The notes beneath the pieces were generated by a model that did no database searches, was not told the DNA's origin, and saw only the letters and a list, made by a program, of their open reading frames with translations. DNA of 64,000 nt from Psammoneis japonica (taxonomy: Eukaryota). Position 1 is the first letter of the stretch; each line of letters opens with the position of its first letter. Positions 49,750 through 62,235 of this stretch are shown piece by piece. The stretch lies in NCBI GenBank assembly GCA_008632985.1, contig QPGO01000034.1:387311-451310 (forward strand), read 5' to 3'. The position numbers and the translations under genes were made by a program.

Positions 49750-51927
49750 TCAGTGCATTTTGCGATTCATTCTACCTGGTATCACGTCTAGCGGCTTCTC
49801 AGGTAGCTGAAATGAGCGATCTTTGGTTGAGGCACAATCTTGAATGCATATCTGAACCGTCTCTTCACCTCTTTTCATCCTTCCGTTGGGACCTCCACTT
49901 ACATGGAAACTTTGACGGAAACTTGCTCGAATCCATCTAGCAGAATCAAAGCAGCAGGAGCAGAGATAAGAAATGCACTAGACAATTTTCACAACAAATT
50001 CTCTGACCATGGAGCACTCACGCCCAAGTGTCTTCATCTTCGTTACCCTGCGGATCGACCGTACAAATCTTGTACTCAGTTGAAGCCTTTACCGAAATCT
50101 TGACAGCGGCCTTGGCTTTCCCACTTTTGGCGCGCAAAAAAGCAACACGTTGACGAAGCCCTCATTATCAACCCCCTGTCTTGAGGCATATTTATTCAGT
50201 GAAAGAGGACCAATGTCTGCCTCGAGTTCGCCGTTTCCAACGGAACCTTCAGCTTCGTCCCGCAAGCTACGTCGTATCTTGCTCACAACTGTTTTTGTCA
50301 AAGAAGGTGATCTCGGTGGATTTCGCTCAGTGGCATCCTGGAATGATTGGCCCCATAAGAATAACTTGTCGTCATCGTCAAAACCTATTTGCCGATCTTT
50401 GGTGCCGTCGTTCATCAAGATACTCAGCACAACGCGCACAGATTGCTTTTTATGCTCTCCATCCAATGGCTTGGCAACAAATATTTGAAGACTTGCGTGT
50501 TCTAAAGCCATTTGTCCGCGCAACCCATGTGGACGTGGTTGCGCTTTTTCATAATAACTCAACGTCCCCTCCGACAAAACAAAGTACCTTTTCTTCCACG
50601 GTTTCTGAGCTCTACTACGTGTTTTCATCCACCCACATAGATCATTTGCGTTGTCGTTCCTGTCGTCGACCATTGGTTCCACTTTTATGGACAACGGCTC
50701 TGCTTCTGTCGTGCTGGGACACAACACCGCAAGCACTTGGTTCTTACACAACGTGTCAACACAAAAGTATGAATCCCCCCCGCTTCTTGTGCGGTTTCCA
50801 GCCAACAAGACATCGCGAGCATAGGAAAGAGCTTGAGATTCCGTCACGGTGTTCTTGCCAGTAGGATAGGCATTGTTCTGGTCAGCAAAAGACCGGTCCA
50901 ACATCATGATTGATCGCGCTAAGGCCCCGATGATCTTTTCCGGGCCGTGCCCGCCAGCACCCCGAAAGAGTTCGTCGTTGATACAAACAGAATCACGCTG
51001 TAAGTCTTTGAAAAGCTGGTCGACCCCAAGTGACGTGTTTTCTTCGAGAAAGGAGCGCTCCTTATGTTCCGTAGACAATCGTTCTGTCCTTTCTCTGATC
51101 CATTGTACTGGAACTTCAATTGACTGCCCTACAATGATTCCAAGGGCAGCGACGTACTCGTCCTTCGTGGTTGATTCTCGGACGTTCGTTTGCACCATAA
51201 GGTAATACTCCAAGTCCTTCTTGTATGGCGACTTTGGAGAAATCACGCTATTTGTACGTCTTCCCAAATGGTGAGTCGTGTCCGATTCCCCGCGAATCAC
51301 TGAACCACCCACCATGGCGTCCCTTATTGCATTAAGCCATGCCTGACGTTCGTCGCGAGAATTAGCCAAAAACAGTTTTTTCGGGCGTCCTTCCACAGCA
51401 ACTTCAAAGACGGCGCCAACTCCACCAGGTGACTTTTTTCTTACCCCTTGCACCTTGACTTTCCGCAGTGTACAAGTGTTGGCGTGCAGTGCCACATTTT
51501 TCCTGATCAGCCGCTGTTCCATGTCTCTGTTGGATATATCATTCTCATAGTAGCTCAAGAGTCCCTTACGAACTTCGACATACTTGATTTTCCAAGTTCC
51601 CCGTAAATGAGATGCTTTCTTCAGGGGACCGGCCTTGATGGTGTTGGGATCGTTCATGTCAACCTCGATGCCACTGTACGTGTCTCGTTGCGACAATAGT
51701 TCCAGGATGGCTTTGAGAAAGATGCGGTGTTCAGCTACATAATTGAGGGCTGTGACACGGGATGAAGCATCCAGCATCGTCGATTCCATAAGATCCTCTC
51801 TCACCGACTCTGCACGTTCCAACTTTTCTATTTGATCGTGCAATTTACCAATCGATTCTTCTTCTCCCGACGAGTCATCTTCGTAAGCTGCTGGTGGCCG
51901 GTAATCGTCTTCTTCTGAAACATCCAT
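49750..51927 (-). CDS. Double PH-domain protein (apparent 1-nt frameshift near 50160; intron 49937-50021)
   Basis: PH1 KAGPLKK...WKIKYVEVRKGLLSYY...ERQAWLNAI; PH2 CGWMKTR...WKKRYFVLSEGTLSYY. A protein-like continuation (VKASTEYKICTVDPQGNEDEDTWA|WIRASFRQSF...) is in a shifted frame with a canonical intron. Confidence 0.82.
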
Positions 51928-52029
51928 TGTCGATTGAGCAATTGAAATAGCTTCTTGACAAAAGGCATTTAGATTTTTTTCTTACTGTAGAGTACAACCG
52001 TCAGTGCCATCGCCGGTTTGTATTATTCA

Positions 52030-52180
52030 CCTCTCCTCTCTAGCTCTCTCTTTTCTCTACTCTAGCTCTAACGAGAGTAGGCTACTCTCTAGCCTCTCTA
52101 CTACTAGCTCTAGACTACTCTCTCTCTACTCTATCATAGAGCTTTATTACCGTAGAGAGAGAGAGGTAGGCTCTCATCTC
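52030..52180. repeat. CTCTA/CTAG-rich low-complexity tract between divergent genes
   Basis: ctctagctctctt...ctactagctctagactactctctctctact. Confidence 0.7.
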
Positions 52181-52562
52181 TCATTGCTCATAATAGCATG
52201 TTCTGGGTTCCGCCTTTGACCAGGCGTCTACCGGTACAGTACTGGAGGTGTTTAAGAATAAAACCTTTAAGTACTGCATATGTACATTACACGCATGTCA
52301 ACAATGCTACAGTGACAGTATGTACTACATTTATGTATTCTCTGATATACAAATCGACAGATCAGGGGTGGCTCGTGATGAAGAATAATCTGAAAATCCA
52401 TCATCCTCACACATTCCGGCCGATGACGCCGCTGTTGATCGATTGGGCGCGAGGTGCGAGGGTTGTGGTATCAGGTATCAGTCAGCAGTCAGGATGGTGC
52501 AGCTCCTTGTTGGGCTTTTGCATGTGTCATTAGAAAATATTCGGAGATAAGACAAATCAAAA

Positions 52563-54323
52563 ATGGTTGTGTGGACGTTCTTGTTCATGTTTCTTCCGGG
52601 GAGCATCAGGAACGTCCATCGTTCTCACACTACTTGGCTCACGGCAAAAGGTGATTCAAAACTCGAAACAGCCATGCAGTCCATGGGATACTCACGATCA
52701 ACCCGAGATAATGTCCAGAAAGATCTCGAATCTGTTGGACTTTCTAGCTGTCTCGATTTGGAAAATCTGGCACGGGACTTCGTCGATCGTCCAGAGATCT
52801 TTTCCTCCTTGCTTCAATCAGACTTTGGCATATCACCTTTGGTAGCTCATCAAACAAGGGCAGCTGTGATGATGATATTGGAAAAAGACAAAAGCTCCAC
52901 GTCACCTGATAACAACAAGCCTAAGAAACCTGCGACCGACGTTGCAAATGTCACCAATGAAGCAGAGCTAAAATCAGCTCAGAAACATACCGTGACGGCG
53001 GTCAAAGAACAATCAAAGCGACCTCTTTACAAATCAGTTATTGTTAATGAGAAAGCTCAAAAGCGAAGACGTGTATCGTCGCAAGAAGACCAAAAGCACG
53101 ATTATGGACTTCCACATAGCTATCGCTTGACCTATCCCTCACTGGCCACCGAATTAGACGACTTCAACGACTTCATGACAAAACCTTCCACGAACTCGCA
53201 GGAACAACCGATACGTCCAGCAACGGCCAGTGTGTACATGAGACACGCTAAACTCTTTTTGGGTTGGTTTGTTAACCAGCAAAATGAATCTCTTGATACC
53301 GACTCGGGCCTATCGTTAGAATCGATTGTTCCTAACAAAGAAAAGGAATCGGCCTCAGTCATTTTCGATTTTGTCATGTGGCTCCGTTCTAACAGGAGCA
53401 TTTCTCACTCCTATGAAGCGAACTTGCTACGCGGTTTGATCAAGCTCTTAAAGTTTCGCTTTCGCAACGAAAGCAAGTCAGATCCATCCTATGGGGGAAA
53501 ATCCTTCGAGGACATACCCATGATTCGAGAACTCCGAAAGCTTCATCGTGACGCAAACAAACGACAAGCAAAGTCGTCACGATCCAGTGACGAAGGACAA
53601 AAGTGGCTTTCATGGTCTGAATACCTTCAAGTCATCAAAGCCATCAAGTCAGACTTGTTGAAATTGTTAGATGATTTTGAAAACAGCCAGAAGAACAAAA
53701 AGTCAGCGAAAGTCACGCAGAAGGAGATACGGGCCAAGAAAAAGATTGCTATTACCTATCAGCAATATCTGGTGCTGGCGTTTTTCGCGTCCATCCCAGA
53801 TCGCCAGCGTACTGTGAGAGAACTGGAAATTGGTAAATCGTTCATAAAGGATGAAAAGAATGGAGTCTACGTTGTAAAGCACGGATCTGAAGACTATAAA
53901 ACCGGAAAGACATACGGGGATCGCCCACCGCTTCCTCTTTCAAAGGATTTGGTTCCTGCAATCGATGACTTTCTTACTCGATGGCGACCCTGCCTTTTAC
54001 CAAATACAGATTTCCTTTTTGTGCAGCCACGAACTGGCAACCCAGTGTCACAAGACTCGGTTTACCAGACTGTGGGAAGGTCTTGCTACAAGTACACCGG
54101 GAAGAAGACAAATCCACACTTGCTGCGAGATATGATTGTGACTTATGTCAGGGACTCAAACGCGTCAGAGAAAGAGCTTGAAGCGTTAGCATTGTACATG
54201 GGTCACTCGATACAAATGCAGAGGACTTCGTATGATCGACGAACGTTCCATGCCAAAGTTAAACCAGCAGTGGAGTTGCTGCAATCGGTCAACAAACAGA
54301 ATATGGCAGCAAGGAGTGATTAA
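52563..54323 (+). CDS. Intact tyrosine recombinase (phage integrase family), 586 aa, intronless
   Basis: Catalytic residues in order: R (IPDRQRTVREL), K (DYKTGKTYG), HxxR (NPHLLRD), H (LALYMGHS), Y (QRTSYD). An upstream helical core-binding-like region (RPATASVYMRHAKLFLGW) is also present. Confidence 0.88.
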   Translation: MVVWTFLFMFLPGSIRNVHRSHTTWLTAKGDSKLETAMQSMGYSRSTRDNVQKDLESVGLSSCLDLENLARDFVDRPEIFSSLLQSDFGISPLVAHQTRAAVMMILEKDKSSTSPDNNKPKKPATDVANVTNEAELKSAQKHTVTAVKEQSKRPLYKSVIVNEKAQKRRRVSSQEDQKHDYGLPHSYRLTYPSLATELDDFNDFMTKPSTNSQEQPIRPATASVYMRHAKLFLGWFVNQQNESLDTDSGLSLESIVPNKEKESASVIFDFVMWLRSNRSISHSYEANLLRGLIKLLKFRFRNESKSDPSYGGKSFEDIPMIRELRKLHRDANKRQAKSSRSSDEGQKWLSWSEYLQVIKAIKSDLLKLLDDFENSQKNKKSAKVTQKEIRAKKKIAITYQQYLVLAFFASIPDRQRTVRELEIGKSFIKDEKNGVYVVKHGSEDYKTGKTYGDRPPLPLSKDLVPAIDDFLTRWRPCLLPNTDFLFVQPRTGNPVSQDSVYQTVGRSCYKYTGKKTNPHLLRDMIVTYVRDSNASEKELEALALYMGHSIQMQRTSYDRRTFHAKVKPAVELLQSVNKQNMAARSD

Positions 54324-54390
54324 TAGTTAGTAGACTACAAATACGTATTCTATAGATGTGCACTCGTGCCACCGCATAACTTTGTTTTGT

Positions 54391-57300
54391 TCATCTACGA
54401 GGACCTCCAAATGGATTTGGCGCACTGAATGGTGTGTTCCCTCCCGAGCTTCCGCCCCCAAACGGATTATTGCCTCCGCCTGTCTCATGAGAAAAACGAC
54501 AGTTAGCTCCGTTCCGGCATCTTCCTTCTGCAAAAAATTTACAAGGTCTGGTGTTTGCCTTGCCTCTACCAAAGCTGTTGTTTCCGCCGAACGGTTGGCT
54601 ATTCTGGGAGCCGCTCCCAAAGTGAGTAGAAGCTGTGGTTCCACCCCCTCCAAAATTTGGAGTAGATTGCGCATTCCCACCAAATGGATTGGATTGCGCA
54701 CTGGTACCGAATGGTTGAGATTGGGTTGCGGTACCGCCGAAAGGTGACGACTGCATTGTGGTACTGGCCGTCCCAAAGCCTTGTCCCGCCGTTCCCCCGA
54801 AGGTACTATTCTGAGACGAACCAGGACCTCCGAATGGAGTGCTGTTAGTCACAGTGTTGGAAGTTCCGAATACTGAGTTTCCACCGCCGGTCGCAAAAGC
54901 ATTGGCAGTATTGGTTCCACCAAAGGGAGATGCGTTGTTGTTCATTGTACCGAACGGGCTGGATGTGGCTGTGCCACTTGTAGTTTGCATGTTCCCTCCC
55001 CCAAAAGGGGATGCCTGAATAACACCACCACCACCACTACCACCGATTGAGCCATTTGTGTTGGAGAGAGCCACGCCGCCAAAAGGAGTAGTTCCGGTAC
55101 CGGACATCTGCTTTGACCCAAAAGTAGTTGCGTTCGAGGCCGATCCAAACGGAGTTGAGTTCATCGTATTATTTGAATTGGCTTGAGAGAAGGCAGGCTG
55201 AACCGCGTTCTGAGAAGATGCACCAAAAGGGCTCGAAGCTGCGATTGGGGATTAGACTCGGTGCTCATGTCTTGCCCAAAGGATTCAGACAGAGCCCCCT
55301 TGCGATTTGTGCTCCCGAATGGGTCGGTCGCCGCAGCAGCAGGCGTTGCTGTACCTCCAAACGGAATGCTATTGGGAGCAGTTGATGGAACACTGGAGGA
55401 ACCCGTTCCAAAGGAACTGGAGCCAGTTTGATTGGAGGTAAACGGACTGGTGCTGGACACTGTAGAACTTTGTGCGACTGCATTACTGGTTGCGGCAGTA
55501 GAGCTTGAAAACGTCGATTCAGTGGTGGAAGTACTGCTGCTGTCATACAGCTCTGGGACTGCGCCAGGCGGTAGACTGCATGCGAAACTGTCAAACCCAC
55601 CTGACACAAGCTTCTTAAGGCGAATGGCGCTGGGTTGGCCAATTGTTCCTACATCTAAGCGATTGACGGTATCGCTCATGATAACGTCCAAATGCCTCTT
55701 GAATTCCTCAGGATATTTGTTAGCAAGCATATTCCCTGCTCCTGTAAGGAATGCATCCAGGACTGGAGCCGTGAGGAGTGGTAAAGGTGAATCTGGGGGT
55801 GGTGGAAGAAGATTAAGGAATCTTTCTAGCCAGTCAAGAGCTCCTTTATGCCCACCAAGCAACATGTGATTGGATGGACGAGACGCCATGATTTCCGCCA
55901 CCATTGAAATAGTATTCTGCATTTCGCGAAGTTCAACAAAGAGTGAGAATATGCACGGACGAAACAAAGACAATCGATGAAATGCGACTGCAGCCTAAAT
56001 GAATAACACTGTACCTCAGTTCTTCCTAGAAACTTTTCAAAAGTTTCGTTCTCTGTCATACCTAAAGACGCCATTAACTCTTCTTCACTTGAGTTAGCGG
56101 ACGGCCGTGGGAGTGTCGGGATTGCCATTGGACATACAGCGTAAATGTGCGCAGCAAGCATTGGTGCCAGCTCCTTCGCCTCAATTGAGACTGCAGCAAG
56201 CATTGCCGCGAGAGGAAAACCATCGCCTTGAAGTCTGCACACGAATTAAGGAACAGGCATCTAATGAGTAACATTGTTTGTTGCAGAAAATGCTCACTGC
56301 AAAATGTGATACTCACCCGCGAAAACTTTCAGCCTGGACTCGAACAATTACATTGCTCGATAAGAGGTCTACGAAGTACCGTTTTCCCCTTGACATGTCA
56401 CTTGTGAATTCGGATGCCCCAGAAAGAATCTGCTGCTTTATTTGTTCGTCTTGAGCTCTCGCTTCACTGATTTGTGCAGAAACATCTGCAGCGATTGCCT
56501 TCACCTTTCCGGCGTCATGGCTAAGGGTATTGAGTTTGCCTCTCACCGTTTTCTTCATGTTAAGACGTCGCTTGGACACTTGAGGCACCTTCAGTTTCTC
56601 AAACGGCTCGACCGACTTCCGCACATCAGCTAGTTTAGCCACCAGCCGATTCGCGCGAGCCACATACTCTGTCTTCTGCGCCTCAGCCTCTTGCTTTTTC
56701 TTTTCTTTTGCTCGCGCAGCTGCTCTGGCGGCTTCCTCGGTTTCTTTCGCTTTCTCTTCCTTGGCTTTCTTTTCCTTTTCTTTCTTTTCATTCCTTTCTT
56801 TCTCAGCGGCCGCCTCTTTGGCAATTTGCTCTCGCCGCTTCTTTTCCGCTTCTTCTCGGGCTTCCTTCTCCTTTTGTTCACGAAGGATAACCTGGCGAGC
56901 GTCCGCCTCGTCTCGCTCCAACAGGTTTCGGAGGGTGCTCGCCGAATTTTGTTGAACTTCTTTTGCTCGTGCGCGTTCAAGTTGTGCTTGCTTTTGAATT
57001 TCCCCCAGTTCATGATTTGCTGCGTTGGCAAGAAGCCACATTCTTTTACCGACATCTTGGTGTTCGTCTGTTTTTGAGTTTAACCAGACGCTCTCCCCAT
57101 CACGATCTGCAACAGTCGACGCCTCTAGAAGCGATGCCAGCTTATCCATACGTTCTCGGTCACCGTCATCGTGCCGGCTACTCGAGTAACACAATAGCGA
57201 CTTTGTTGGTGCTGTGTATGGACTTATGTAGGAAGATATGAGAGGAAAGGATTGCTGGGAATCCTCTTTCCTCAATTCCGGTGGCCTCGCTAGCATTTCC

Positions 57301-57560
57301 ATCTCGTCGTCCGAATCCTCAAACACAAAGCGATTGAAAGAAATCGGTTCTTTCGGAGGTGGCGACAAAGAGAATCGTGTAACTCCAAATCCCAACGGAT
57401 GTGGCTCTTCCTCATCGGAATCGGAAGAATAGCTTGTGCTCGACAGCGAATCATCGTCGCTTGATTCGAAGTCTTGATCTCGGCATGGTAAACCACGGGA
57501 AGATGTTGACGATCGGTGCTCGCTTACGCTCGATGGTGGTGACAAGGAGAACCGCCCCAT
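54391..57560 (-). CDS. GLE1: mRNA export factor Gle1-like protein with C-terminal PFG/FG repeats and CCCH finger (introns about 56235-56316 and 55917-56014; apparent frameshift near 55248)
   Basis: Ser-rich N-terminus, long charged coiled coil, and Gle1-like segments (NVIVRVQAE, PLAAM, CPMAIP, FEKFLGRTE, ALDWLERFLN, LDAFLTGAG). Downstream are many PFG repeats and CKFFAEGRCRNGANCRFSH. Confidence 0.78.
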
Positions 57561-57989
57561 TGCAATGAATTAAATTTTATACCCACTGCGACCTAAGACG
57601 CTTCTCTAAGACGTTCAATGAGAGAATTGAGTCGTACCGACGCCTGAATGACAACACTATTGCTCTGAGCTCCTTCGCGTTGGGTGTTGTTCATTGTGTC
57701 GCCCGATCGGCGGAAGTAGTACCGGTAGTCGTTGCTGTCGAAAACTGCAGTACTGTATGACATGAAACGCAAAAACCAAAACGCTCTCGCGTGCACTCAT
57801 CGCGCTCGCTCATCTCGCTCGCTCGCTCGCGCGCTCACTACTGGGGCGAACGTTAGCTATCGTCTGTCAGTAGTGCGTCAATCCAGTGCCATGTGCCGCG
57901 GCAGACAGCAGCACACCAACTCGGGATTATTTTTCTGACGGAAGAGACAAGATGTGTGCACCCATGATTAATCCGCATACATCCGACCT

Positions 57990-60900
57990 TGACACGAAAC
58001 GCAAAGCCGTCATGCCATGCCTTGTGCTCGCATTGTTGGTGGGGACAACCAGTGCAGAGTGCCATGTGTGCCACCAAGTGCACCAGCAAGAAGACACCTT
58101 TGTTTCTTTGGCACATCACCCAATGTTTGGTTTGCAGCCTCAATTGTTCAACCAAAACCAGCTGTGCATGCTTGCCGTTGGGCTTGTGGATGAAGCTCTC
58201 CATTCAGACCAGGTGTGGCTGTTCTTTCAGCACCCTTTGTAACACTTGGTTTCAGCCAAAATTTTCTTTTGCAAGAATTGTGACAAGAAGAGAAGGTTGG
58301 CTGTTTTCTTAAAGAAAAGGGAGCTCATTTTTGTGGCACACATGCACAGCCACAAGGGCACAACAGATTGAGTTGGCAGCATTGTGAGTGGCGGTCTGGG
58401 GATTGTGCTGTCCAAAGTTGAAAGCAGTTGTTGTTTCATGCGTCCTTTGTGCTGCAGCCAGCTTTGGCTGGGGGCTTGTTGGCGCAATGCCTGCACACTT
58501 GTCATCACCAGCTGGGGATGAGCTGGCTCTGTTTTTCCCATGTGGGGTTGTGCTGGCTCATCTGACTGGATGAAACTTGCAGTCAACAAAGGGAGAGGTT
58601 GGCTGTTCTTCATTTTGCTGCAGGCACCTCGGCTCACATTTGTTTCATGGGGGACGAGGCAAGACCAGCAGAGTTTGCTCACTTTGTCAGTGCCAAGTTG
58701 CCAACACAGCACATGACACAGACAGAAAAAGCAGCTTTTGCCTCTGATCTGACCAATTGTTCAGTGTGGAAAAAAGAGTGTGGGCATGAGGCCATGAAAA
58801 CAGAATTTTCTGGAGCAAAGATGAACTTTGATGGCCCCACACTTCTTGCATGTCATTGTGTTCAGGTGCAGAGAGGGAGCAGCACTTGCCACATCCAAAC
58901 CATGTGACATTTCAGACAAAATGGTGTGGAATTTTGCTGCACTTTTTTGCATGGAATGAGTGGCATGTGGCTGGGGCACATGCCTTCTTGCACAGAAAAA
59001 GATGCAAATTTTTTCTTTCCTCAAATCCATTGAAATGCCTCCCACCCCCTGCTCCCTCATGAGCAGGCTGCCATGGGTGGCAACAAGAGCTCCTGTGCCA
59101 CATGATGTGAACTCCTTTTTGTGCTGACTGCCTGCAGCATGAGTTTGTCAACTCCACATGCCCCCACTGTTGGTGGCAAGGGCTTGAACACTCTGAGTGA
59201 CAATTGGCTTGTGGTGGAAGCCATGATGCACTGATGTTTGCAGCAATCTTGTGATTTTGCATGACTTCATTGGCTCAAAATTTCTCATGCTCACCAAGAC
59301 AACATCAACAAGCCAGAGACAAAGAGCTGGGGGACAGCAACCTCACAGGCATTTTGAAAGATTGTGGCTGCTGAATGGTTGGCTGGGAAATGAAGTGTCG
59401 CGTTGGCAGTGGCACAAGTGCAAAAGCAGTGGTGCTGTGACTGTGTTCACAAGACAGTTGGTGGCATGCTCTGACATCCAAAACCACTCCCCAGCATGCA
59501 TGACAGGTTCTCTGTGAGACACATCTTCCTGTTTCAACACAAAGGCTTGCAAGGAGCTGTTTCCAAAAGGCAAAAACTTCTTGCAAAGGAAGACCTGTTG
59601 AGCAGTGGAGGAAAGGTGATGTGGCTGGTGGTGAGTGCACCAGCAGGATCAGTTGGCATGCTCTCCAAGCAAAGCTGATGATCAAGCAGGAAGACTGGGT
59701 GACAAAGTGCACTGTGAACACCACCAGTGAAAAAAAAAAAACCGTCAGCTCACACACACAAAGACAATGACAAAGAGTGTGCACGATGCATGGCAAGCCA
59801 CTGTTGATTGTCGCACGCACTGCAGCTGGAGTGTTGGCTGAGACTGATGCTGCAGCTCTGGTGCTCAAAAGTTGTTGTGGCAAGGCCAAAACAGCCAAGG
59901 AGATGGGGGATGATGGTGGGTGCCCAACATGCCACAAGTGGTGGTTTGACACCCACTTGTGTGGGTCAGCTGGTGCCAGTGTTGCTGGGCAAAGGTGCAA
60001 CATCACTGGAAGTTGGGTTTGTTTGTTTTTCTTTCTCTTTTTCCTTGTCTCTTTCTTTGGGCTGTTGGAAAGATGCGCCAAACAAACAGGGAGATGTGTG
60101 GGTGGTTTTGCACAACAATGTGCTCAAGTTCTCCAAGAGTGTTGTGGCCTGCTGGAAGAAAGCGGGGTTGAGTCTGGAAGCAACAAGGCAACTGAGCTGG
60201 CAATGGCAACAGGTGACAAAGCTCCAGGAGACTTGTCAACAGCAGAGAGCTGCTGGAAAACATGGGCATGAAAAAAAAACAAGGCATCAAATGATCAAAA
60301 GGGAGATGAGACGAAAGATGGTGATGATGAAAAGCCAGAGCCTTTCTCTGCACCCAGCCAATGAGGCAGTGTGACTCTTGGGGAGAAGCACAGCTTTTGG
60401 CAAAATGGAGGCAGGAACAGACAGACTGAACACTGTGCCACAAAAGGCTGCAGCATGCAGGAGTGAAAGCACAAAGAGTGTTGAGTGTGACACACCTGGT
60501 GCAGCAAAGGCAAGAAAAATGGTTCAACAGAAAGGGACAGGCACAGCACAAAGAAGAAGCCACCAGTGCTGGGGTGTCACAAAAAAGAGCCACAACAAAG
60601 CTGTTGAACAACAGCAAGGAAAAGGGACAAGACTGTGACTTGGCAATGGAACATTCTTCTTCAGATGACAATGAAAAAGAAGAGACCAGGTTTTTGAAGT
60701 GATCAAGCCAAGGTGACTCTTGGAACAGAGAGTGGGGTTGCACCACACCACCAGCACAGCTGCCTCCCAGCCAGGAGTTGGCAAACAATGATCCACGGAA
60801 CTTGGGAGTGCTGGCCAGCTGTGGAGCATGCAGCATGCAATGCTTGGCATTGGCTGCAAAAGTTGAGTGAAAATGTTGCACCATTTGGTTGGAAATGTGG

Positions 60901-61975
60901 CTGGAAAAAAGCAAAAGTCTTGATGTGCCAGCCAAAAGGTGCTGTGTCATCCAAATTGACAGATGTTGTTGTTCAGACTGCCATCGGTGAAAAAAGGGAT
61001 TTTAATGACCAGATTTTGCAGCAGCAGGAGGGCATCACACAGCTGGTCATCCAAAACAGCCAACTTGGAATCAGATTTGCTTAAGAGTGTTTCATGTGAA
61101 ATGGCTGCACCGCACACTCAGACAAGATGAAGACTGCAAGTCCACGGGAGACCCCAAGACAAAAAAAGCACCAAAGCTTCTGTGGAATTTTGGACTTGTT
61201 GTCGGCAAGCAAGAGGCAGAGTGGCTTGCAGCAAAAACAGGTGGGCTGGACGTGAGGACATTGCTGGTCAAATGTCAACATTGGTGAGTGCCTGGATTTT
61301 GAGTTTCATGATCTTGCCTGGCAGTGAGATGAACCTGGCAAGCCAAAAGTGCAACAGATGACCCAAGGAGACTGGCGCACTTGACTTGGGACATTGCACA
61401 AGCCAAGGCAGGTTTGCTTTGGCATGTGTTGCTCATGGAACATTGAAAGTTGTCATTTTATTTCAAAGACTTTTGTGAATCATGTGGCTCTTGGTGAGGA
61501 TTGTTCAAGCAAAGATTCAAAGAACAAACAACCAATGTTTTCCATGAAAACTGCAATCTCAGGTTGATTTTTGAAACTTTCAACCAGACCCAGAAGAAGA
61601 GATTTTTGTGTCTTTCATGTTGGACAACATCATTGTCTTGTGAGGACAACCCTGGTGTGGTTTGCAAAAGTGGTGCTGACACTCCCACTGACAAGTGTGT
61701 GATGACATGCCACTGGGTGAGCAGCCAGAAGATGGTGATTTGGGTGTGGAACTTGCTGCACTTGACATGGGAACAAATGTGAAGCAAGAAAGAATGGTGA
61801 CAAAATGCTCATGGGGACTTGATGGCCAACCTGTTTCCAACAGAGGAGACGCCAATGGTTCAGTCAACAAGCACACTGCTGCCACAATGTGATGCTGAGA
61901 ACATTTTTGAGCAGGTTGGCAGTGCTGGACATCACCACTTGTTTCTGGGAGTGACACTGGCAAGAAGCAATGACT
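57990..61975. other. TpA/CpG-depleted block of degenerate, probably repeat-derived DNA (family not identified)
   Basis: Near-absence of TA and CG; Tyr-less overlapping ORFs; abrupt return to normal composition at about 61978. Confidence 0.75.
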
Positions 61976-62235
61976 GACTATGTCGGTGATGAATTACCCT
62001 CTTGCAGCATACACATGGAAGCGAACAAGCATCAGCTCGCTCTGTGCAGTACCTTGCCTTGAACGCCATCGTTTGTGAAGGTATCTGCTACCAGTCCATC
62101 AGCTTTCCGATGCGGGAACAAGGAAAACGAGCAAATGTCATAGGCCAGGCGGGGTAAGAAAAAAAAGCGGGTTAAGTAGTAACAGTAGAAAAGATGATGA
62201 TGATGTCCAGCTTGCTCCTCCATCTCGAAACTAGA

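Noticed and set aside
52563..54323. Prophage, integron or part of the neighbouring Ngaro element
   Set aside because: Flanked by intron-containing eukaryotic genes; no phage genes or cassette repeats; motifs differ from the Ngaro recombinase.
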